DNA of 64,000 nt, taken from Patescibacteria group bacterium. GTDB taxonomy: Bacteria > Patescibacteriota > Microgenomatia > UBA1400 > PJMF01. The position numbers and the translations under genes were made by a program. Shown piece after piece: positions 46,568 through 55,205 of the stretch (position 1 is its first letter; each line of letters opens with the position of its first letter). The stretch lies in assembly GCA_041747555.1 (NCBI GenBank), contig JBGTEY010000010.1, forward strand, positions 2,958 to 66,957, read 5' to 3'. The notes under the pieces were generated by a model. The model was not told where the DNA came from and did no database searches. It saw only the letters and a program-made list of their open reading frames with translations.

Positions 46568-47185
46568 ATGTTCAGATTTTTCAACAATTGGCGTTGTTTG
46601 GGCTCGAGTGGATCTGCCTCTAGCATGAGTGTTTTGATGAGTTTGGGAATTGTCCTAGCTATGGGATTATTTTCATTATTGCTTCCTACTCCAACAGAGA
46701 ATCCTGATCAACCAAATCCATCTGCGCCAGTCCTTGGAGTAGAGACTGATCAAGCCCGTCCCGTTGAGACTGCATTCGTCACTCGTGTGATTGACGGTGA
46801 CACAATTGTGCTTGAATCTGGTGAGCGAGTTCGCTACATCGGTATGAACACCCCAGAGGACGGGGCTGTCGTTGAGTGCTACGGTACAGCCGCGACAAAA
46901 AGAAACATCGAATTAGTTGAAAATAAAACAGTTACCTTAGTCAAAGATGTTTCTGAAACCGATCGATATGGTCGGCTTTTAAGATACGTATATATTGAAG
47001 ACCAGATGATAAATCGAATTCTCCTGGATGAAGGATTTGCGCAAGTTGCAACCTATCCACCCGATGTTATGCATCAAGAAACCTTCTCTGCAGCGCAAGA
47101 AATTGCCCGCGAGAAAGAGATTGGACTCTGGGGTGGTGATTGTCCAGAGCAGCTTGAAGCTGACGACGATCTCCGCACTCAATAG
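46568..47185 (+). CDS. Membrane-anchored staphylococcal-nuclease-like (thermonuclease/SNase) protein
   Basis: SNase core VTRVIDGDTIVLESGERVRYIGMNTPE...RYGRLLRYVYIEDQMINRILLDEGFAQV. N-terminal TM anchor. Starts 3 bp after the permease stop. The track ORF begins at GTG 46544. Confidence 0.6.
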   Translation: MFRFFNNWRCLGSSGSASSMSVLMSLGIVLAMGLFSLLLPTPTENPDQPNPSAPVLGVETDQARPVETAFVTRVIDGDTIVLESGERVRYIGMNTPEDGAVVECYGTAATKRNIELVENKTVTLVKDVSETDRYGRLLRYVYIEDQMINRILLDEGFAQVATYPPDVMHQETFSAAQEIAREKEIGLWGGDCPEQLEADDDLRTQ

Positions 47186-47211
47186 GTACCAGACATTTTC
47201 CACATACATTC

Positions 47212-48474
47212 ATGAAAAAATATGCTCCCCTTTTGCTCTTAACGTTTGTAAATATCATCGGTTTCACGTTGCTTATTCCCGTTCTCCCAATGGTGGTCAA
47301 ACTCTATGCACCTGGGCCGTGGGAAAGCATTTTTTATGGAGCATTGTTGTCGTCATATGCTCTGTTTCAGTTTATTGGATCGCCGGTATTGGGCGCACTG
47401 AGTGATCGATATGGTCGTCGGCCATTATTGTTTGTCAGTCAATTGGGCACGTCCATTAGTTGGTTAATCTTTGGCGCAGCGTATTTTTTTCCACCAACAA
47501 TGATTTTTGGACTCCAGCTTCCACTGTATATTATTGCATTCTCCAGAGTAGTTGATGGAATTACTGGCGGAAATGTCTCAGTTGCCCAAGCATGGATCGC
47601 CGATGTGGCACGACCTGAAGAAAAAACCAAAGCCTTTGGTGCGATGGGAGCAACGTTTGGATTTGGATTTTTGATTGGTCCAGCGCTTGGCGGACTGACA
47701 GCGTCTAGCCAGTATGGTTTTGCGGGGACTGCGGCGGTTGCATTTTTAATCTCTCTGGTCACACTACTCGTTATTTACTTCATGTTGCCGGAATCTCTCG
47801 CAGAAAAAGACCGCGACACCGAGCTCGAACTGTCATTTTGGAGCGAACTCAATTTTTGGAAAAAAATCATGCAGTTTAGACGATCGCCAGGGGTATTTAA
47901 AATATTGCTGTATCGGCTCTTTTTTGCACTCGTCCTCTCATCGTTTGTGACGATTTTCATTTTGTACATGGATCATCATCTCGGTCTTTCTACTCAAATG
48001 TTGGGGCTGACTCTAAGCGCAATTGGATTATTCTCTATTTTTAATCAAGTCGTGGTTACTCACCGAGTAGTTGTGTGGCTCGGGACGATGAAAACCGTGT
48101 ACTTGAGCTTCTTTTTGGTAGCTTTAGGATCATGTCTGATCCCGATTATTCCGCTTAATCTGTATCATTTTGGCGTCAATATTACTTTAGTCTTATTTAT
48201 GGTCAATTCGTTCTTAATAAATCTAGGCATTTCTTTGGCAAATCCAACATTTAAAACTATCCTCACTAACAAAGTTACCGAACGACAGCAGGGTGTGATA
48301 AATGGTATTGACGAGTCAATCGTGGCTATTGGAAATGCGACGATGCCTATGATTGCCGGGTGGCTCTATACAATATTAGGCGCAAGGGTATTTTTCACCA
48401 ATATTTTCTTACTACTTATACCCTTTGCAATTCTTTGGCTCAGAAAAAGGGGTTGGCTGATTAGAAGGTGGTGA
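47212..48474 (+). CDS. MFS transporter
   Basis: 12 TM, canonical MFS loop motif GALSDRYGRRPLL. Confidence 0.8.
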   Translation: MKKYAPLLLLTFVNIIGFTLLIPVLPMVVKLYAPGPWESIFYGALLSSYALFQFIGSPVLGALSDRYGRRPLLFVSQLGTSISWLIFGAAYFFPPTMIFGLQLPLYIIAFSRVVDGITGGNVSVAQAWIADVARPEEKTKAFGAMGATFGFGFLIGPALGGLTASSQYGFAGTAAVAFLISLVTLLVIYFMLPESLAEKDRDTELELSFWSELNFWKKIMQFRRSPGVFKILLYRLFFALVLSSFVTIFILYMDHHLGLSTQMLGLTLSAIGLFSIFNQVVVTHRVVVWLGTMKTVYLSFFLVALGSCLIPIIPLNLYHFGVNITLVLFMVNSFLINLGISLANPTFKTILTNKVTERQQGVINGIDESIVAIGNATMPMIAGWLYTILGARVFFTNIFLLLIPFAILWLRKRGWLIRRW

Positions 48475-48535
48475 GATATTGGATTCAGGAAGATTGAAGT
48501 CAATAACAATCAAGTTCACAACTTTAATTGTGACA

Positions 48536-48568
48536 TAAAAAAACCCAGAGCACTGCCCTGGGTTTTTT
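48536..48568. terminator. Bidirectional rho-independent terminator
   Basis: A-run, then CCCAGAGC-act-GCCCTGGG, then T-run. Lies between the convergent MFS (ends 48474) and DsbA-like (ends 48586) genes. Confidence 0.55.
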
Positions 48569-48585
48569 GTTTCTTACTCAGTTAA

Positions 48586-49356
48586 TTAGAGATATTTCTC
48601 AATAGTAACCTTGATTTGTTCGAAGGGAAGTGCTCCTGGTATTAATTCCTGGACACCGTCTTCGGTAACAATGAATGTACCTGGTGTACCGCTCACGCCA
48701 GCTGTTGTGCCAGCAGCCATTTGCTCCTGAACTTTTCCAGCCATGATGTCGTTATCGATACAGCCTTGAACGTTATCTGGATTTGCACCGGCTTCTTCAC
48801 CGAGGCTAGCCAGATCTTCAAGCGGGAAACCTGTACCACTTGCTGTGGTTCGCTCGAAGTATAGGTCGACAAATTTCCAGAATGCTTCGTCGCCTGCATC
48901 TGCACCTACACACTCTGCAGCTTCAGCAGCTTTTTGTGCATACTGATGGAATGAAAGAGGGTAGTGTCTCATTACCCATTTGACGTCGCCATCATATTCT
49001 TCCATAACCTGTAGCATCGTTTCATGATGTCTTTGACAGAATGGACATTCTAAATCTGAATACTCAACAAGTGTAATCTTTGCATCATCAGCTCCGCGAG
49101 AGTATTCATTCTCATCGACTGGTGGCATCTGTGCAATTTGATCAGCTGTTGGACCTGCTGGTGCAGTTGGTTGTTGGCCAGCTGCTGTGGGTGCGCCGGC
49201 AGTGCCTGCACCACTTCCAAGGAGTTGATTTTCTGTCCAGAGGGAACCAGCAAAGGCGCCTCCAACAAAAAATACTCCAACCAAGAGTATCAGTCCAAAA
49301 TTATTGTTTATAAATGAGAGCACGCTACTCAGCGAAAACGGGTTTTCTTGTGCCAT
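48586..49356 (-). CDS. DsbA-family thiol:disulfide oxidoreductase (membrane-anchored, BdbD-like)
   Basis: CPFC active site inside a thioredoxin fold. N-terminal TM anchor and Ala/Pro/Thr-rich linker. Confidence 0.7.
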   Translation of the reverse strand: MAQENPFSLSSVLSFINNNFGLILLVGVFFVGGAFAGSLWTENQLLGSGAGTAGAPTAAGQQPTAPAGPTADQIAQMPPVDENEYSRGADDAKITLVEYSDLECPFCQRHHETMLQVMEEYDGDVKWVMRHYPLSFHQYAQKAAEAAECVGADAGDEAFWKFVDLYFERTTASGTGFPLEDLASLGEEAGANPDNVQGCIDNDIMAGKVQEQMAAGTTAGVSGTPGTFIVTEDGVQELIPGALPFEQIKVTIEKYL

Positions 49357-49408
49357 AAATCCTCCTTTACTACTACGATTCGTAGTATTTAATACTTTGT
49401 ATTGAGTG

Positions 49409-50278
49409 TCAAGTGTCAGGCGTTTCTGCCGGACTAAAGTTCTTATTTTCAGTCATGGTTCCTCTGCCCATGCAGGTTGAAATACAGTCTCTTAGTGTGC
49501 ACGAGGCAGGTTGTTTTTGCACAATCTGTGCTTGAACGGGTTGTAATAAATGCCAACTATACACCACTGTCCAGAAGATACCAACTACGAGTGAGGTGAG
49601 GATTTTGAGGGGTGCAATACGGAGTTGGCTAGACTTTAGGTTGCGATGAGAAGTCAATCTATTGCGAGAATTATTAATGTCTGCAAAGTGTGCACCAACC
49701 AATGGAAATTGATCACTCGAGGTAATTGTATCCAATGCCTGCTGTACGTAGCGAGACGTCCCTTGTTTTTTGATTACAAATTGATCTGCTGCGTGCTCTG
49801 CGGAAGCTTTGATATGGACTTCAATATCGTGGAAGAAAGGTACTACAACACGAATGCCTCTAATTCCAAGTAAAAGTATTGCAATTCTTGAGTCGTGATT
49901 TTGCAGATGATGGAGCTCGTGGAGGAACACAGCTTCTAATTGGTTATTGCTGAGCGCATTAATCAAGCCTGTCGACAAATAAACCTTAGGTTGAATAATT
50001 CCGGCAGTGAATGCGGCATGGGATGGTTGGGGGAGTTGGATAATTTTGTGAGTAGGGAAATCATGTTTTTTGCAGAGTGAGATAAGGCGTGCATCGAGTT
50101 TTGCTTTTGGCTTCTTGTATAAGTACATTCCAACTGCAAGTGCTGTTAGTACTGCCCAAACTGCATATCCAAACACCGCAATTCCACCCAATCGTTGTAG
50201 TGCAACAATCCAAATATCTGACTCGATGATCATCAGTCCGACTGCCGCGCATGAAGAAATAAAGTCATTTGGGGTCAT
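49409..50278 (-). CDS. BlaR1/MecR1-type M56 peptidase domain membrane protein (no C-terminal sensor domain)
   Basis: Zn-metalloprotease motif FLHELHHLQNHD within a 4-TM M56 domain. Only 289 aa, so the penicillin-binding sensor domain is absent. Confidence 0.7.
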   Translation of the reverse strand: MTPNDFISSCAAVGLMIIESDIWIVALQRLGGIAVFGYAVWAVLTALAVGMYLYKKPKAKLDARLISLCKKHDFPTHKIIQLPQPSHAAFTAGIIQPKVYLSTGLINALSNNQLEAVFLHELHHLQNHDSRIAILLLGIRGIRVVVPFFHDIEVHIKASAEHAADQFVIKKQGTSRYVQQALDTITSSDQFPLVGAHFADINNSRNRLTSHRNLKSSQLRIAPLKILTSLVVGIFWTVVYSWHLLQPVQAQIVQKQPASCTLRDCISTCMGRGTMTENKNFSPAETPDT

Positions 50279-50281
50279 GGC

Positions 50282-50638
50282 TTATGTATCATTCTTTAAT
50301 TCAAATTCACTTTGGAATCGCGCAGTTTCTTTGGTAAATGCAACAACGGCCTCATGGCCATATTTAGAAACGAATTGATCGACGGTTTGTTTTACCATAT
50401 TTCTTACAAAACTGTCTTTATTGGTGGCAGGTTGATAGACATGATGTCTGCCTTCTTTGGTGCGAGTAACCACACCTTTTCTGCTCAATCTTCTGAGAAC
50501 GGTGAGAACCGTGGTGTAGGCAACCTTTTTATACTTCAAAATTAAGTTCTGCTGTATAGCATGTACAGTTGCAGGTTGCTGCCAAATGATTTCCATAACG
50601 GCTTGTTCGAGCTGTCCAAGTGAGGGTGAGATGGGCAT
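50282..50638 (-). CDS. BlaI/MecI/CopY-family transcriptional repressor
   Basis: Winged-helix Penicillinase_R domain (QLEQAVMEIIWQQ...VLTVLRRLSRKGVVTRTKEGRHHVYQP). Lies 3 bp upstream of the M56 gene. Confidence 0.75.
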   Translation of the reverse strand: MPISPSLGQLEQAVMEIIWQQPATVHAIQQNLILKYKKVAYTTVLTVLRRLSRKGVVTRTKEGRHHVYQPATNKDSFVRNMVKQTVDQFVSKYGHEAVVAFTKETARFQSEFELKNDT

Positions 50639-50675
50639 ATGAAATTAGTATAGCATGGTGAAATGGGTTGAAAAT

Positions 50676-50942
50676 TTAGCTCAATTGTAAAAATTGAAGT
50701 AACGAAGCACGAAGTCTCTTTCCCACTGCTGAATCCGGCATTCCCAGCTCATCCAGAGTTGCTTCAACTTCAGTTTCAGAAAGCTGAATATCCATCTGAA
50801 ATTCGGGTGCATTTGTGACGACAGTAGCTTCTGAGCTGTCCGACAACCGTATGGCCAAAAGCTGTAAATCCGCACGTTTCTCAGCAATCTCAGTAAGCAG
50901 TGTCAGTTCCGCTTTTGATAATCGAACAATTCCACGTTTCAT
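50676..50942 (-). CDS. Hypothetical protein (88 aa)
   Basis: First ORF of the minus-strand run preceding blaI. No motif recognised. Confidence 0.4.
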   Translation of the reverse strand: MKRGIVRLSKAELTLLTEIAEKRADLQLLAIRLSDSSEATVVTNAPEFQMDIQLSETEVEATLDELGMPDSAVGKRLRASLLQFLQLS

Positions 50943-50953
50943 ATAAATCTCCG

Positions 50954-50973
50954 TATGCTAGGATTAGCATACA
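50954..50973. promoter_or_regulatory. Perfect inverted repeat GTATGCTA-ggat-TAGCATAC in divergent promoter region
   Basis: Located between the 88-aa gene start (50942, minus strand) and the pgi coding region. It overlaps the first ATG of the pgi track ORF (50955); a second in-frame ATG lies at 50979. Confidence 0.35.
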
Positions 50974-52241
50974 ACAGTATGCAAGCTTTAATCACCTATT
51001 CAACAAAATTTTTGTATAAAGATGTCGCTGATGGTCTCTTTATTACCCAGGAAATTCAAGATCAAACTGCAGATCAGTGCACGAGTGCTATCACGGTAGT
51101 AGAGTCACGATTGTTGAGTCGCGAGTATCCTTTTATTGAAGTTCTTCGAGATGAGGATCTCATAGCAGAAGCCAAATCCGTTTTTGAGCAAATTTCTTGG
51201 GCAGAGACGATGGTCGTAATTGGCATAGGCGGCTCAAATTTGGGCGGAATTGCACTCCAGGGAGTTTTTGGAAGTGAGTCTGCACCGATGGAGGTTATTT
51301 TTCATGGTGATTCCCCCGATCCGGTGGCAATTGATCGTGTGTTGGCTCGGATTTCACTAGAAAAATCTGTTTTTGTAATTATTTCAAAATCAGGTCAGAC
51401 AGTTGAGACTATGGCGCAGTATGCGTTTTTCCGTTCTAAGTATAAAAATTCAGATACTTGGCAAAAGCATTTTGTGTTTATTACCGATCCCGAGGACGGC
51501 ATATTGCGTACCGAGGCGCAAGAGCATGGAGTGACCACCCTTCCTGTATCCCCCGGTGTTGGCGGGCGTTTTTCTGTCCTTACGCCAGTTGGATATCTGC
51601 CTGCGCTCGGTATGGGAATTAATATAGACCAACTTAGAACTGGCGCGCTCAAATTTGCTGAAGATAGTGAAATGAGATCAATTTCGCAACAGATTGCCAC
51701 AACCCAATTTCAATTATTTAAACAAAACTGCAAGGTCGTCGCCTGCATGCCTTATGCCACTCAACTCGATGAATTTGCCCGATGGTTCAGGCAATTATGG
51801 GCAGAGTCTTTGGGTAAAAATGGGACAGGTATATTGCCGGTTCAATCAAGTGGTCCTGCAGATCAGCACTCGCAGCTGCAATTTTATAATGAAGGAAGCA
51901 AAATGCTGTCGGTGTTGTTTCTGACCGTCAGAGATTTGCAAACTGATCATCAATTAACTGAAATCGAGCAGCCAGAGTTAGAGCACCTCAATGGCTGGAA
52001 AATGAGTCAAATTCTTGAAATTGAGCAATCGTCTACCGCGCAGTCTCTGCATAACAATAATACTCCGTCAGCAACGATTCAACTCGACCGCGTCACACCA
52101 GAATCCATAGGGCATTTATTTATGCTTTTTGAACTTGCAGTCGTGTATTTAGCAGAGCTTTTGCAGGTGAATGCGTTTGATCAGCCTGGGGTTGAGGAGA
52201 GTAAAGTATTGATACAGAGGTCATTAAGAAGTAATCGATGA
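50955..52241 (+). CDS. pgi: Glucose-6-phosphate isomerase (short bacterial/archaeal-type PGI)
   Basis: SIS-domain motifs VVIGIGGSNLG and ISKSGQTVET. C-terminal catalytic region. The true start may be ATG 50979. Confidence 0.75.
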   Translation: MLGLAYNSMQALITYSTKFLYKDVADGLFITQEIQDQTADQCTSAITVVESRLLSREYPFIEVLRDEDLIAEAKSVFEQISWAETMVVIGIGGSNLGGIALQGVFGSESAPMEVIFHGDSPDPVAIDRVLARISLEKSVFVIISKSGQTVETMAQYAFFRSKYKNSDTWQKHFVFITDPEDGILRTEAQEHGVTTLPVSPGVGGRFSVLTPVGYLPALGMGINIDQLRTGALKFAEDSEMRSISQQIATTQFQLFKQNCKVVACMPYATQLDEFARWFRQLWAESLGKNGTGILPVQSSGPADQHSQLQFYNEGSKMLSVLFLTVRDLQTDHQLTEIEQPELEHLNGWKMSQILEIEQSSTAQSLHNNNTPSATIQLDRVTPESIGHLFMLFELAVVYLAELLQVNAFDQPGVEESKVLIQRSLRSNR

Positions 52242-52356
52242 GGAGTGTATCCTTTAATATAATCCGGTGGTGGGCTCATTTCTTTTCAGAGACTTATTCA
52301 ATGAAGCAGAATCTCAGTAAAAAAGCGCTCGAAAAGTACGTATCATCTCAAAAAAA

Positions 52357-52749
52357 CTACTGAAGGTACGTGTTTACGATCCAAACGGTCACCGCAGAAA
52401 CCGAGGCTCCCAGCACACTTCCCCAAATCATGTCCACGATCGTTACCAAAAGTGGCCAGTCCTTGAGCGTAGCCAGATTAGTAAGGTCGTACGTGGCGTA
52501 GGTCACTAGACCAAAAAATGCACCATAAATCAATGCATTTCTAATTGATTCTGTTTCTACCGCAGGTGCAATTACGAAGAAACTCAACGCAGCTATAAAG
52601 AGCGCATAAAATACCAGTGCAGCTGCCCAGTTCACATCTGCCCTCAATAGATGTCCTATTTGAGCTGCATAAAATTGGCGAGCAACCAAGCCCAACCAAA
52701 TCATGTCAATTATAAAAAAAGTGGTAAGTGCCACAAGGTAGATTTTCAT
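52357..52749 (-). CDS. DUF2177 family membrane protein
   Basis: MKIYLVALTTFFIIDMIWLGLVARQFY... is typical of DUF2177. The track ORF extends to TTG 52785; ATG 52749 is preferred. Confidence 0.5.
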   Translation of the reverse strand: MKIYLVALTTFFIIDMIWLGLVARQFYAAQIGHLLRADVNWAAALVFYALFIAALSFFVIAPAVETESIRNALIYGAFFGLVTYATYDLTNLATLKDWPLLVTIVDMIWGSVLGASVSAVTVWIVNTYLQ

Positions 52750-52871
52750 ACACTTCAGTATATCAGTAAGCGGGTCACGATCCAAATCAAACTAGATATA
52801 GTATAATCCCATAAATATTCATTTTGTTGTTATTGTGATATAATTGTACTCAGTAATTACTATTTTTTTAT

Positions 52872-53450
52872 ATGTCGAAACAGACTCCAGAGAGACCTTC
52901 AAATCACGCAGTAGAAACAGTGGCAGCTGTAGAATTTGGCGAGCCACAGACAGAAGCCTTGAGACTTTCGCTCGCAATTTATAACGCAATTAAAGCAACA
53001 ACAGATGCTATCAGTATTCTAATAGATCAAAAAACTGCGATTCTAAGTAAAGTTGACAGCGCGAGTGTAGCAGCAGCTGATGAATCAGACCTAGCATTAT
53101 TTGCTCAATTAGATGGTCCAGAAATGAAGGTTGTGAATAGAATTGACCGACTCATTACCTTTTTTAAAAATCATATAAACATACTTACAGAGGTATATGG
53201 CGAATTCGTTGGTGACAGTATGGTTAGTGAAGAGGAAGAGATTTGGGATCAACCAGAAGATGAAGTAGCAAACCAGTCGAGTGCAGCTACTGAAAAAATC
53301 AGGGCCACACTTTCTAACTACGCAGACGTATTTGAAGTTGAACTTCAGCATTATGCTGAAAGATATGGTGATTTTCCAGAAGAAGTAGTTGCATTGCTTC
53401 CACAAATGAGTCCAAATGTGGAATCTAATGATATGGAACAAGCTCAATAA
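52872..53450 (+). CDS. Hypothetical acidic protein (192 aa)
   Basis: No recognisable motif. Its 3' end overlaps the convergent SulP gene by 7 bp. Confidence 0.4.
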   Translation: MSKQTPERPSNHAVETVAAVEFGEPQTEALRLSLAIYNAIKATTDAISILIDQKTAILSKVDSASVAAADESDLALFAQLDGPEMKVVNRIDRLITFFKNHINILTEVYGEFVGDSMVSEEEEIWDQPEDEVANQSSAATEKIRATLSNYADVFEVELQHYAERYGDFPEEVVALLPQMSPNVESNDMEQAQ

Positions 53451-55123
53451 TTAGTAGAAAGCTCTCGTTCCACAAACAAAACTGCCTGGTTTGCCCGTTC
53501 AAAGACATGTTCGTCTCCAATAACTGAGATGGCTTTTGACTCAACCATCATTGTGACTAAATTCCGTCGCAATCCAGTCAACAGCACCGTAATATCCGAT
53601 CGCCGCAAATCAAACACCAACGCTTCAAGTTCATCAATTGCAGTCGAGTCCATAAAATTGACATGCTCAGCAAATAGCAGCACATAATTAACGTCATCAT
53701 AAACTTTGGTAGCGCGCTCGATTTGTTCGCGGATTGACTCCGCATTGGTAAAGAGCAAGTTGTGGTCAAACAGTACCGCTAGTATTTTATCGCTGACTTT
53801 AGATTTTTTAAGCTTGATTCCATGAATTTTTAGCTGCTCCTTGTCTGAACACAAAAATGTTTGAATCGATGGCTTAGACACTCGGTGCGCAAATACCAGC
53901 AAAGATAAACTAACTCCAACCACAATTCCATAATCAATCGTTGGCGCAAATGCAATTGTGGCAACAAATGTTCCCACAGCCACTGCGCCGTCGTGGACGT
54001 GTGTTCTGAGCAGAGTGATAATTTCTCTAAAGGTTACTAGGTCGATCACTGCAATAATAATCACCGCGGCCAAAGTAGCATGAGGTAAGTAATATAAAAA
54101 CCCAGTAAAAAATGCCAGAGTAATTCCAATCGTCAGTGCCGTCGCAATCGCTGCCAAATTAGTCTTGGCACCACTAGCAAAACTGAGTGCAGAGCGAGAA
54201 AATGAACCAGCAACTGGATATCCACCACTGAATCCCGAAGTCAAGTTACTCAAGCCCTGACCAACCAAGAGCTGATTAGGGTCAACTCGAGTGCCTGTTT
54301 TTCTAGCCAGACTTTTTGCAATCGTTACTGCTTCCATAAATGCTACTAAAGCAATAACCAACGCAGGCAACAGTAAGCCACGCACATCTACACCAGTGAG
54401 CTCGGGCACACTGAGAGATGGAAGACCAGCAGGAACTGCTCCAACCACGCCACCCGCATACCCGGTTACCCAGCTAAAAATTGTAGCAGCTGCTAGGACT
54501 ATCAAGGTAGTTGGCATTTTGACCGCAATTCTTTTTCCTACATAGAGTGCAATAAAAGAAAGTAGTCCCATCCAAAAACTGGTGAGATTAATTTGATGCA
54601 TCTCTGGCAAAACTTTGAGAAATCCAAGAAGAATGTGTGAGCTATCTGACAACTCAATCGATAAAATCTTAGGCACTTGATGGAGCGCAATAATCAGCGC
54701 TGCAGCATTAGTGAATCCGAGCATGACTGGATGGGACACAAGTCTGATGAGTTTGCCGGCTTTGGCAATACCTAAGAAAAGCTGGATACCTCCTACCAAA
54801 AATGCCAAAACTATAGCTCCAGCAATAAACTGCGCGGTTCCTGCAGTAGCAACTTCACTGAGTGTGGTAAACACCAAGAGTGAGACAATAACCACTGGGC
54901 CAGTTGATAAGTACAGCGACGAACCCCAAATTGCTGCAATGAGCACTGGTAGAAAACTAGCATACAAACCAACTTCGGGTGGAAGCCCTGCCATTTGCGC
55001 ATAGGCAAGGGCTTGGGGTACTAAAATGATCGCCACACTGACACCGGCTAGAATATCTTGCTTCCAGGTTTTTTTGGCCAATGGAATCCACGAGTTGAAC
55101 GGATTGAGTGGTAGGGCAGACAC
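53444..55123 (-). CDS. SulP-family anion permease with C-terminal STAS domain
   Basis: Sulfate_transp core (GVSVAIILVPQALAYAQMAGLPPEVGLY...) and a C-terminal STAS domain. Confidence 0.8.
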   Translation of the reverse strand: MSALPLNPFNSWIPLAKKTWKQDILAGVSVAIILVPQALAYAQMAGLPPEVGLYASFLPVLIAAIWGSSLYLSTGPVVIVSLLVFTTLSEVATAGTAQFIAGAIVLAFLVGGIQLFLGIAKAGKLIRLVSHPVMLGFTNAAALIIALHQVPKILSIELSDSSHILLGFLKVLPEMHQINLTSFWMGLLSFIALYVGKRIAVKMPTTLIVLAAATIFSWVTGYAGGVVGAVPAGLPSLSVPELTGVDVRGLLLPALVIALVAFMEAVTIAKSLARKTGTRVDPNQLLVGQGLSNLTSGFSGGYPVAGSFSRSALSFASGAKTNLAAIATALTIGITLAFFTGFLYYLPHATLAAVIIIAVIDLVTFREIITLLRTHVHDGAVAVGTFVATIAFAPTIDYGIVVGVSLSLLVFAHRVSKPSIQTFLCSDKEQLKIHGIKLKKSKVSDKILAVLFDHNLLFTNAESIREQIERATKVYDDVNYVLLFAEHVNFMDSTAIDELEALVFDLRRSDITVLLTGLRRNLVTMMVESKAISVIGDEHVFERANQAVLFVERELSTNY

Positions 55124-55205
55124 CTATGTAATGTAACACAAATACCTTCATGTCATCACTTCCACTGTACGTGATGAGTACCGGGACGGTATACTTATCA
55201 AACGT

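Noticed and set aside
50639-50700. Looked for the canonical BlaI/MecI TACA/TGTA operator dyad near blaI.
   Set aside because: Not present. A different palindrome (GTATGCTA...TAGCATAC) at 50954..50973 is reported instead as a candidate.
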